From contig NC_134031.1 of the NCBI RefSeq assembly GCF_964204645.1, forward strand, positions 2,976,001 through 3,040,000: a DNA stretch of 64,000 nucleotides. The letters run 5' to 3'. Below are positions 53,191-63,404 of the stretch, piece by piece. Made by a program: the position numbers and the translations under genes. The notes beneath the pieces are model-generated. The model was given only the letters and a program-made list of their open reading frames with translations, searched no databases and was not told where the DNA came from. Every line of letters starts with the position of its first letter. Position 1 is the stretch's first letter. This DNA is from Tubulanus polymorphus. Its lineage: Eukaryota > Animalia > Nemertea.

Positions 53191-53652
53191 ATTTTCGTTT
53201 CAACACATGCATAAATAAATCGCTCCTTCAAACCTGGTGGCAACGCGAGTGCTGGACTGAGTCTAATGATGCCATCAGGTTCGGATCCCTGTCGAGGGAG
53301 GATGACTGCAATGCCTATATCAGGCATCGCAGTCTTTGTCGAGACCGAAACGACTGTAACACATATTACATGAATCTTGTAGTAGAATAGTTACACTAAA
53401 ATGTGCTGGATAGATGATAGCGTGATATACACCTGACAAACATCTCTAGAGCGAGAGTTCGAAATGCATTGTCCTGCATTTTTTTGATTTTAGAAAAATA
53501 ATATTTACTTGAATTTCTTCTCAATTTGTACATAGGTTTTAATCATAACAAATCAAGTGACTTAATACGATTAATTCTTACTCCATACCATCGTATTTTC
53601 CAAAATAATGGCTACATTAACAAAACGCTTACTAAATCAAGTCAATACTTAC

Positions 53653-54451
53653 TATTTGCTGAATTGGCGACTTCTGGTCCGTAAGCCTGTAGACAATACT
53701 GTTCAATCTGTTCACGAGTCATCGCTTGCAGTTGCTGCCGATAACTATGCAGATTGCTGATGCGTCCGTCCGACCGCAGCTCCCGGCCTCTCATTTCTCC
53801 CGAAACCTCCTGTCGATCTGAAGTCGGCTCATTACGACCAAAACTACTCTGATGTTGTTCGATGCGGTTTAGGATGTAATCCCTTTTTATTCGAAGTCCC
53901 ATCTTCGCGCAGAATATCATCGGGAACGCGGCCACCAGCCCTAAAATAGCGGCCACAAGAGCCGATATACCGGCCTGATTCATTCGCAGATAGTTCGTAC
54001 ATATTCGCTGGTCGCGTTTGTTCAACCTAAACTCAATAGCTATATAACCGAGACATCGGCTGCTGTGTGCTAAGTACAACGAGATGGCGTCGGCAGTCAC
54101 ACCGATCAGGGCTATCGAGAAAAGCGCCGTTAATGTACTGACGTACAGGTTTCCTTTCAAGCATGTTCCAGACGGCCGTTTATAATTATACCCGGCCACG
54201 GCTCCGGCTGCAAAATACACGAACACCGCAACGACATACAACGCTCCTTGCAAGTTGAGTCGAAACGACGACTGATCGATGTAAAAATGAAATATTGGCG
54301 GTATGATCGACGTCGAAAAGGCAAATATATGCATTAGTATACCGTACGTCATCCAGTGCCGACCACAAGCGACTCCGTCGGCGACCAGTCGGTCTTCCGT
54401 CGTCCACCGTTCGCTGGCGTCCTCTACGTTGTCCCAATTGTAATACGGCAT
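53653..54451 (-). CDS. Four-transmembrane (CD20/MS4A-like topology) protein, exon 1
   Basis: 269-aa ORF with four hydrophobic segments (WMTYGILMHIFAFSTSIIPPIF; GALYVVAVFVYFAAGAVAGY; LYVSTLTALFSIALIGVTADAISLYL; AGISALVAAILGLVAAFPMIFC), a Cys pair in the TM3-TM4 loop, an in-frame stop upstream of the ATG, and an A|GTAAGT donor (phase 1). Family assignment from topology only. Confidence 0.75.
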
Positions 54452-54458
54452 GCTTGAT

Positions 54459-54518
54459 TGACGTCAGGACTCCTTAGCTAGGTCAACACGAAGGTCATCA
54501 CGCGCTTGCCGCCATTTT
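54459..54518 (-). promoter_or_regulatory. CRE palindrome and YY1-type motif upstream of the four-TM gene
   Basis: TGACGTCA at 54459-54466. AAAATGGCGGC (YY1 consensus) on minus strand at 54508-54518, whose ATG opens a 5-codon uORF (MAASA*). Confidence 0.4.
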
Positions 54519-55245
54519 AGCGAGAATACTGCACGAGGCCCGCGGGCCTTAGATACGTGACATTAGAGATGTGTCTGTACGTAATTATCTTGTGAATTAG
54601 GTGCATTGGAATTGGATGTCGCATTTACTACTGTAAACCATTGCTTGGTAACTATCATGACCTACTGAGACTGAGAGATCGATAGTTATTTGAAAAACCA
54701 GTATATACTACTACAACACAGTATGCTACAGTACAGACTATATACAGTGTCGCGCTGTTAAAACACTTGCAAATGGTGACACAAATCATTCGATGTATAT
54801 GGATGCTGTACCGTTAGTACGCGGGAGAGCTCATCATCCACGTATTTAAATATAGTAAGACTTACAATTTTCTCGTTGTATCGCAGCAAGCGGTATACAT
54901 CCACATCCAGCACAGCATCTCTCACTGCAGCCTTCATCAGAAATTGATCGCGCTACGGCTGTTTTAGCGATACGAACGTAGCTTCACACGCGAGCGGTGC
55001 TCTAGTTCCGAGACGGCTGTTAGACAATCATTTTCGCGTCGTCGCACATTTGCAGGATTCAGTTCCACATTCGTGAAACCATGAAACTGGGTCTAGTTTT
55101 CCACTGTATAACCGTTTAAATACGCTAGCCAAAAATGCGTTCAGTTTATCGGGGTTTTAAGTCATTGTTGGAATTCATGGCTCTTTTTTCGTGTAGAATA
55201 AACATTTTAATAGAATTACATCAAATGAAATGAAAAATTCTTACG

Positions 55246-55282
<37 letters not shown>

Positions 55283-55620
55283 TATTCAGTGCGCAAAGTG
55301 CTGCTCTTAGAATTTACGGTTAACTAAATTGAATCCATCTATTTACTCAGTCTGTTACCGGTCCCAAAGCGTTCGTTCAACGTTGCATATTTAATGATTT
55401 TTCGTCAGTCGGAAACGGCTTGAATTTCAGTGCCACGAATTTAACACACGGTGACGTCGTCTCGACAATGTGTCGGCTGTTTTACCGCTTTGTATATGTA
55501 AAACTAAAGTTATGTTTTATTGATGGACTTGTCGTAGGTGAAGTCCATTCACGTAGCCTAATCATCAAAGCCAACCGTGCCACGTTTTTAAGTCCTATGA
55601 GTCATTGGTAAATGAAAAAG

Positions 55621-55710
55621 TTCCACAATATAATCTTTCATCTGATAAAATCCTCAGAATGAAACCACAGCATTTCGGCTGTTGACTAACATCCATCATC
55701 AGGTGCAATG
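55621..55710 (-). mobile_element. Further copy of the same PLE terminus with a degenerate hammerhead motif
   Basis: Minus strand CAC-CTGATGA-T-GGATGTT(AGTC)AACAGCC-GAAA-TGCT-GTGG; closely similar to the arms at 1285-1386. Confidence 0.6.
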
Positions 55711-57269
55711 ACCAGGACCAAATTCCGCAGTTGTGAATTAAGATTTGACGCGGAGTTTAAACTATATGTCTGTACCGTATCTGATTCTGTAAGCGGTCCG
55801 ACTGCTGCTTCTGATGACTCCCGAGTGGTGGCAGCACTAGCCAGTGCCTTTTATGAGCCTCGGTGGTCTAGTGGAAAGAAGCGTACGCTAGCAACATGCT
55901 GGGCCGAATTCCGTATATTCGATATCATATATGTTCGGCAAAACAAGGAAAGAATATAGCCGAAAATCAGTCGGCTCATAACTTCATATCTCGATATCCT
56001 TTTTTCAAATGCAAAAAATCAAAATTGTTGGCTTCCTGGAGGGTACATTTTCTGGGTTTTGTTTTTAGAAAACCATCTATGAAAAATTGAGTGGATGGGA
56101 CAATCTGGATCTTAGAACCGTGAAAAAAAAACAAAAAGCTTTTTTTAGCCTAACCATCCGCATTGTCGATTTCGTATTGCATACAGTAAACTCCGCTTAT
56201 GTTAGATCTTTAAGAATCGCGTAAAACCTGTCCGACTTGCCAGCGACATCCTAGGATGGTATAGATATACCGGAGATAATCTGTTCAACGAATATTGAAC
56301 GAATCTCTAAACGATAGATCTTCCTCTCTAGCCAGGCCAGCCCGTATCACACACCGAGCATTTTTGCCGTTACGACTCCATTTGAAGGCAATGTTGATTA
56401 CTGCAACTAAGCTGATTAGCGCTGGTCAGTGCGACTACAACAGACGTCAATTTACACTGCACCGTCGTCCAAATCGCCATTAGTATTAAAGCATTGCTCC
56501 ACATCATCGGCTTTGGGACCACTCATTTATAAATTACACGAGTAAAGCCCATTGCACACGGTAATGAAAAAGAACGATTTTTTCCTGGTGTTTTCTGTTT
56601 CGACGAAACAAATGTTTTGCTGGGCGTTGGGCTTAAGTGTGTTCAATTAAATAATATATATATACATATATTCATGTATATTCATACACATTAGATGTAT
56701 CGATCAACTTAATAAACCGTCCAACATTTTCACTAGAATTCAAATTTTTCGAATCGTGAATTACTACACATGTCTCATATATAAAACATTTTTACCGAAG
56801 TTTTCGTAGCGTTCTCGTGGCGGCGATAGTTCAACATTGGACAAAATACGAGCTATACGCATGCGGAATCTTTATGGCGATTTCGCTAAATTAACTTGTC
56901 GCATAAGTATATAAAACCCCGGCTCCAGTCAGGTGCATTTCGTCTACATAAAGTATTTTATTGCCGGATTTATTCTGCTGAAAACGGTGGCAGTCATTAG
57001 ACTTCGGACGGTGACACAGGTGCGTTGAGTAATGGATCCGTTTATTGGATACAAGCACCGTTATAAACGACAATCAAAAGCGACTTTAGAGCGCTCTCAA
57101 ACATTGAATGTTTTTTTTCTTTTCGTACAAGCGCGTTTTGTCGCTCTCGGGAAAACTCCGAAAAGAATATTATGCCATAATGCCGTGTATTTATCTGAAA
57201 ACATGTGGTCGGCTATGGTCAAGGGAGGATGTGTCTGTTGGTTCATTAATACAATACACATGGTTCCAG

Positions 57270-57395
<126 letters not shown>

Positions 57396-57551
57396 CTGGA
57401 ATATATGTATATATACATCCTATTGTCGTTGAAACGTAACGGTTAAGAGACGGGATATTGTTTTCCGATATTTACAATGTTTCTGTCAGTTCGGGTAGCT
57501 ATGCAGCAAGCCGCGTGTGTTATTGCGATGTTTCGAGCTATCGTATTGTAC

Positions 57552-58305
57552 TGTTATGCGGCCCGAAGAAGGAACCGAAATATCGTGGGAGAGCGTATCC
57601 TTCCTCAGCTCCGCACAACGACACAAATTGAATTTGACCCGAGACCAAAAATAAATAAACGACTAAGATGCAAATACTTCGAATATAAATACTCACAACT
57701 ATTTATTATGTTACTTTCGTCTTTCCTATTTATCGACACCTTTTACAATTTCGGGTTCTAGTTCCTTCCCCTCTTGGTTTCCCAGGTGCTCTCCGACTAG
57801 TTCAGCTATGTCTCTTATTTTTATACTATCCAAAATTTGGTTTCCAAGGGACTATTCTCGTGACCAACGCCACCGCATTTGGGGAGGGCCGACGACTAAC
57901 CTCGGGACCTGATTCGCCCACCAGGCCCCCAAGAATTAATGTTCTTAGCAACCTGGTTAAGAAACAAGCCCGGAGTTGTCTCGGTTTCCAAACACGTAGA
58001 CGTTGACACTTGACTAATCCCTTAGGATTTTTCTATTGTCTTGAAAACTAACTCCAAAATATTTCTTATTAATCCGAGACATAAACTGAACTAGTAACAA
58101 AGGCAAACAACATTAAATGACCGCAAAGCCAAAACTTGCCCGTTTATGAATTCCTAGTAAACAATAACAAATCTACATTGAAAAACCCATTAGTAAAACA
58201 TGCCCGTTCTGGATTTCCTAGTGAATAGAGTTGTATGCATTGTGAACATACAACTGCTATTGAACTATGCATGTTTTATAAATATAAAAATTGGCTATCA
58301 TAACA
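57552..58305 (-). repeat. 3' LTR (754 bp)
   Basis: Termini TGTTATG...CATAACA (7-bp inverted repeat). On the minus strand, TATAAAAA at 57818-57825 and AATAAA at 57702-57707 in U3-R-U5 order. PPT abuts it. Confidence 0.88.
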
Positions 58306-58320
58306 GTACCTCCAACCCAA
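58306..58320 (-). promoter_or_regulatory. Polypurine tract
   Basis: TTGGGTTGGAGGTAC immediately precedes the TGTT start of the 3' LTR on the minus strand. Confidence 0.6.
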
Positions 58321-59399
58321 ATTCAAAGTGTCCCACTTTGTCACAAAATATCAGCAAGCATGGAGTAACAATGTTATGATTTCAAATCTGAAGCGTGACT
58401 CAATACAGTAATAATAAACCAAGGTGTCGACGATAACGTACATGACAATAAAATAATCACAACAAACACAGCAACAAGCAACATATTCATACATAGACAA
58501 AATGAAATCGTAGATAAATGAAACAAATCGCAAACAATTAGAATGTAGCAAATAATCATTGGTCTGATAAATAAATAGAGTCACAAGCGCGCAATCAGCG
58601 AAACCCGATAAACCATTAGAGTCAGAAACGCAAACGTATCCGCGATTAATTCGAAACGCTATCAACGACACGCATTGACCACAACAACGCAACGTTAAAC
58701 ATCAAAGTCCGCAACATTACGAAAAAGAGTTCGTACGAGTTACCACCGCATCGGTACCACAAAATACTTCTTTTGTTGAATACGAATCGCTTCCATATTT
58801 TTCTGCAAAACAACAGTTCATCACGAATAATACATTGTGAATGTCCAACACCGCATTGCACTTCCACCATCAACCTGACTCGGCGATCAATAGGCGCAAT
58901 TTTCGGTCAGGCGGGCGCACCAGCCATTAAACTGTCAGGCGTCGGGAATTTACATCAGTCATCGTCTTCTTGATCAGCATGTGGACTGAGAACCTTCATA
59001 AAAGTGCGGAGTTAATGGATTGGTAACGATAGAGTCTATACGTACATTATATTTGCGGAAATTTTGAGTTTAAACGTGCGAAGAAGTGAGCAATAAACAT
59101 GAGTTGACCCGCGTACGTCCCTAGAAACAGTGTCGCATACTATTCCCGAACAATAGCGAGTCCATCCGGCGCGAGTTTAAAAGAACGTCGCGAAACAAGT
59201 TTGAACATTTCGTCGGAGAACGGATATAAGAGCGCATCGTTATTCTTCACCAACATCCATCACGGAGGAAATATGTTCACCAACACGCGGAACGGAGGAA
59301 CTGTTGAGAACGGTAAGCTAAAAGCCCTTTATTACCGATATCAGATACTAAACCTACAACTCAAAACATAGCACAAGTAATCACGGCAAACAACTTGTT

Positions 59400-60000
59400 T
59401 TTCATTCAACTACCTAATATAAAAATCATTAAATCATTCAAAATATCCCTCATTATAATACTTAGGAATTTTTCTTATATATATATATATATATAGATAT
59501 ACCGAAAATATAGCACGTATTTCAACCACTCAATTCATGAATCACGAAGAACATCTTATGTTTATCTTACGGATAATGAAGATAAATTTTCCCATCATTC
59601 GCTCAACCAACATATTATTGTGTAACACATTCTTGTTGAACAATATATTTTTTCTAACATAGTTCGTTTGAATATCATTCCATTTCCCTAGCAAGAGAGT
59701 TTTTTTTTTTTTTAACATAATAATAGCATAGTTTTCCACAATTAATTCAATCAATTTAACCTCAAAATATTATCAACTTGTATGCAATTACATCTTATTT
59801 TCATGCATTTCCAGCTCAACGAATCTACGTCGGCTGCATCGGCCTTTCCAACAATCGTATCATTTACCAACACCGGGTATCCACATTCCCAGTAAGTGAT
59901 TTCATTAAAATAACTGTTAAGAACGCGTTTAATACTCAATCGTCATGGGTTAAGGAAACAATTCAAGCCATAGTGTGTGTTAGCCATTAAAAAAAAAAAT
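59400..60000 (-). pseudogene. Heavily eroded RNase H / integrase remnants of pol
   Basis: Minus-strand fragments in Gypsy order: GKADAADVDSLSW (cf. GKxNxxADALSR), LSC*G (cf. LSDQG), NMLVERMMGK..IIRK (cf. NGLVERxNxT), DS*IEWLKYVL (cf. DWDxxLPYVLF). Many stops and frameshifts; recognised by eye only. Confidence 0.5.
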
Positions 60001-60271
60001 CCATTCTCATTTCAGCGATAGAATTGGCAGCGGAATGTTGAATTATCTGTTATTGTTATTGTCATCAGTAGGCGAAATAAAGAAATGGTTACATCCAAGC
60101 GACCTGTGTTTACGTTAGTTCATTGCTAAATTAAAAATGTGACCGCGAAAAAAATGAAACGATCTCAACCAATCATAAGCTTCAAAATAATCATTCAATT
60201 ATTTCGAATCAAAATTTATCCATTAAGAAATGTCTCGTCGCTCGTCACTTAAAAATAGTCGTCATCTTTTG

Positions 60272-61387
60272 TCAGGCAGAGTTTTCTTCCTCAACTTTCA
60301 GTAACTCTAACCTGTCGAGCCTTTTACCGATTATTCTTCCACAACGATTTTCGGGAGGGCGTACCCGATGATACAGCCTCCATTCCCGGAACAGTGGCGA
60401 TTCCGGATTCGCATGATCTAATCTATGTGGCCCTAAATATGACCTTTCGTGAATATTAACGAACCGTGGTGTGAGATTAGTAGAACTTGCGTGAATATTA
60501 ATCGATGAAATTGATATTGCAGCCGTGGCACCCACGACTTTCCTTTCACGTAACTGGTGTGAAAATTCATATACAGCCTTTTTGCTGTTAATTTTTTCGA
60601 CTAGGGCCTGTGAACAATGTGCATCGACAATCTTTTCAGAAATAGGTGGAATAATTGGATTGGTCGTGCTTTGAACCGAAGTTGTTTTATTTAAATCTAT
60701 CTTGTTAGTAAAATGAATTGGACTTGCTCCCGGTAGCTTGAGAAAATTCGATCCGTAATTAATACTTGCGTTGTTAGAGCGCAAAAAGTCGGAACCTAAA
60801 ATAATATGAGTATCGATTCCTGGGACCAAGTACATAGCGTGACGAACGTCATACTCACCAATTTTAAAATTTGTGGGCACAACGCCTTTCAACTCAAATG
60901 TCTTACCATCCACCGCTCTTGCCTCCATGAACTGACCCTGCATCACGGGACCCACGGCTATTGATGGGTTTTGGCGATACCAGGCCTCATTCAGGACGCT
61001 TATTTCAGCACCGGTATCGACCAAAACGGACAATGTATTTCCCGCATGGGTACCCGTTACACGGTTAGCCACGGATGCAAGAATAGGTGGCGTGTAATGC
61101 TTGTCGCCAGACGTCCTTTGTTTGTCGAAACCTCTAGTCGGCAACGGACGGTCTATCTCCTTGTCTGTCGGAGTACGTCCTCTCAGTGACCCTTGAGGGT
61201 CCCTCACTCTCTCCTCAGGCAAAGGCTGGGTGAATTGTCGTTCGATGGTGACTGGGTGTGTGAGTGGCCTGTCATGAGGTGTTCTTAATAGAGCTCGTTG
61301 GTCTCGTAGGGATACATTGGATGGCCGGGGATAACTGGGTACATTGAGGCCGTCATCGCGCCATCCTGCTGGTGACGACCGAAACCA
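60272..61387 (-). CDS. Retropepsin-type aspartic protease ORF, reached by -1 frameshift from gag; terminates before any RT
   Basis: Frame of ORF 60272..61576 is -1 relative to gag; contains VLVDTGAEISVL and IILGSDFL protease motifs; ends EEENSA*. Confidence 0.88.
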   Translation of the reverse strand, partial: WFRSSPAGWRDDGLNVPSYPRPSNVSLRDQRALLRTPHDRPLTHPVTIERQFTQPLPEERVRDPQGSLRGRTPTDKEIDRPLPTRGFDKQRTSGDKHYTPPILASVANRVTGTHAGNTLSVLVDTGAEISVLNEAWYRQNPSIAVGPVMQGQFMEARAVDGKTFELKGVVPTNFKIGEYDVRHAMYLVPGIDTHIILGSDFLRSNNASINYGSNFLKLPGASPIHFTNKIDLNKTTSVQSTTNPIIPPISEKIVDAHCSQALVEKINSKKAVYEFSHQLRERKVVGATAAISISSINIHASSTNLTPRFVNIHERSYLGPHRLDHANPESPLFREWRLYHRVRPPENRCGRIIGKRLDRLELLKVEEENSA

Positions 61388-62529
61388 TTTCCCGGCTGCT
61401 GTTGATCTCCCCTTTGACCCTGCATGGGTGGCAGCGGGTGTTGTGGCGGCGGGTGTTGTGGCGACCGCGGATATATCCTCCCCTCTTGTGGCTCTCTGTA
61501 TCCGTACTGTCGACCCGTATCTGGCGTATATGGACAGAACTTCCCATAGTGACCCGGTTGACCACACCTGAAACAATTATTGTGCCCCGCGAGATTTCTT
61601 TCTCTCCTAGCCGGGTAAGAACGTCGGGGCTCAAAGCGTGGGTTTTGGTCGTAACGAGGTCTCGCATCTTGCCATCGAGGGGCGCTGCGATTTCGACCTG
61701 GGGATTGTCGAATGAACGTGTCCCCCCGTCGATCACCTCTCATAGGCCTCTGTGCTTGCCTCTCACCCCTGTCACTAGGCTCTCTCAGCCGTAAGAACTG
61801 AGAGAACATTCCTTTTATCTCCTCCATGGTCTTGAGGAGTGACGCATCAGTTGGGGAGGTCTGGTTCACTGTCGGTTTCGTCAGATCTCGATCAGTCCAC
61901 TGCTCGGCAGTCCTCGCGTGCTCGACTGCCATTGAAAACGTGTCGGGCCTCATCATCATCACGTCCTTCCTGATCGCATTGTCCAGCCCGTTGAGAAAGA
62001 CGACCAATTTGTCTCGGTCCGATTTTTGTAATTTGTGAGCCAGTCGGTCCACTCGCTCCGAATAATCATCGACTGACTCCCCTTTCTTCTGCCGAAGTCC
62101 GGAGAAGTCAGTCTCCTCTCGGAGTCGCAGACTGTCCGACTCAAAGTGGTCCCTAAAAGAATTAACAATACTAGCAAATTTTGTAGATCGATCTATGACT
62201 AAATCGTCATAGAACCGTCTAGCCGGACCCTCTAAATATTGGAACATGAAATTTTTACATTGGTCGTCCGTCCAACCTCTCGCTTTAGCTACATTGTCAT
62301 ACGTTCGCAACCATTGCGAAAAGTCACTCCCGTTTGGTCTACCTGAAAATTTCGGGATGGAAACCACATCCCCAAGGTTTGTCGAACTACCTAGTCGTTC
62401 GGCGATCAGGAGGAGTATATCTCGTTCTGACATGCTCGTCCCCGTCGACGAACCAGCCCCCGCTGTCGGGCTCTGCGGGTCGTCAATATCCTCATGAGCC
62501 GTCTGACTCCTAGTACTCGGTGGCGGCAT
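61285..62529 (-). CDS. gag: Retrotransposon Gag (capsid + CCHC zinc knuckle), 414 aa
   Basis: IPKFSG...FSQWLRTYDNVAKARGW...YLEGPARRFY and LRQKKGESVDDYSERV...FLNGL capsid motifs; CFRCGQPGHYGKFC knuckle; open frame. Confidence 0.92.
   Translation of the reverse strand: MPPPSTRSQTAHEDIDDPQSPTAGAGSSTGTSMSERDILLLIAERLGSSTNLGDVVSIPKFSGRPNGSDFSQWLRTYDNVAKARGWTDDQCKNFMFQYLEGPARRFYDDLVIDRSTKFASIVNSFRDHFESDSLRLREETDFSGLRQKKGESVDDYSERVDRLAHKLQKSDRDKLVVFLNGLDNAIRKDVMMMRPDTFSMAVEHARTAEQWTDRDLTKPTVNQTSPTDASLLKTMEEIKGMFSQFLRLREPSDRGERQAQRPMRGDRRGDTFIRQSPGRNRSAPRWQDARPRYDQNPRFEPRRSYPARRERNLAGHNNCFRCGQPGHYGKFCPYTPDTGRQYGYREPQEGRIYPRSPQHPPPQHPLPPMQGQRGDQQQPGNGFGRHQQDGAMTASMYPVIPGHPMYPYETNELY
61348..61393 (-). 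promoter_or_regulatory. -1 programmed ribosomal frameshift signal
   Basis: G GGA AAU heptamer in the gag frame (61387-61393), 6-nt spacer, then 8-bp stem GGUCGUCA/UGACGGCC (61373-61380 with 61348-61355). Confidence 0.75.
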
Positions 62530-62822
62530 ATTGAATTATAAATTAACTCGGAGAAAAGAAAGTATAAAAAAAAACAGAGTAAAACAGAATATTAAAACAG
62601 AGCGTTCCTAAAAATGACCGCAACGCTAATAGTGGCTGCAATTCAAAATCTATGCAATTACAGTTTCGACACAGATTCTTATAAACCTTTCTATAAACCT
62701 ATTATCCCCAATATGGGATCGATATCTACACTATCGTAAATTATTTCGCGTAGCTTTACTACCGAAAATACTATATCTTAATCTATAATTCAGTACTGAT
62801 ATCAGTTATCAACACTATACCC

Positions 62823-63010
62823 TCAATATCGGAAACAAAATCATCGATATTGGATTTCATTTAAACCATATCCCTTCTCCTCAGTATCGGAATTTCCCGT
62901 CAATACTGGAATGTCACCATCAATATTGGAATATCACATCAACATTGGAATCTATCGTTAACTATTTAATTATTCCAAAATACTGGAATTTTCCATCAGC
63001 ATCGGAACAT
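62823..63010. repeat. Degenerate ~19-21-bp tandem repeats in the element's 5' leader
   Basis: About 8 copies of a TCAATATTGGAAT-like core (tcaatatcggaa, tcgatattgga, tcagtatcggaat, tcaatactggaat, tcaatattggaat, tcaacattggaat, aaaatactggaat, tcagcatcggaa). Confidence 0.65.
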
Positions 63011-63382
63011 TAGCTTGACTGTTCAACTCTTCGTACTACCTAAACCATTAATTAACAAAATACTCAGTACTGAGCGACAACCTCGGTGACATATATCAAA
63101 ATATCATCACAATAGGTAACTATATGTATTTTTAAAAACCTTCTATTGCGGTGCATATAGCTACCCATATCAATAAAAAATAACCTAAAAAATAATTTAT
63201 ATCAAACCAGTAGTAATTAGAATTCAATTCCTAATTAAATCATCAATTAAAATAATAAATCGCTATACCATAATCACTAATTAATCAAAATACTCATTCT
63301 CTAATAAACAATTAACCCTTCTGTAAACTTTAAGTAAATAATCTTATCTAACTATCTGACTGAATAAAAAAATAACTAAAGG

Positions 63383-63400
63383 TCCCGGGTTTCGGCACCA
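63383..63400 (-). promoter_or_regulatory. Primer-binding site complementary to tRNA-Phe 3' end
   Basis: TGGTGCCGAAACCCGGGA, 4 nt inside the 5' LTR; complement of the eukaryotic tRNA-Phe 3' end UCCCGGGUUUCGGCACCA. Confidence 0.88.
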
Positions 63401-63404
63401 AATC

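Noticed and set aside
57552-58305. Independent solo LTR with GTAC TSD
   Set aside because: A PPT-like tract abuts it, and it is identical and co-oriented with the PBS-bearing LTR, so it fits better as the 3' LTR of one element.
58955-59340. env-like or extra ORF in the LTR element
   Set aside because: All frames are interrupted by several stops; no signal peptide, TM anchor or recognisable motif.
63383-63400. tRNA-Phe gene
   Set aside because: Only the 18-nt 3' end including CCA, adjacent to the LTR, so it is a PBS. The B-box hits elsewhere also lack cloverleaf structure.
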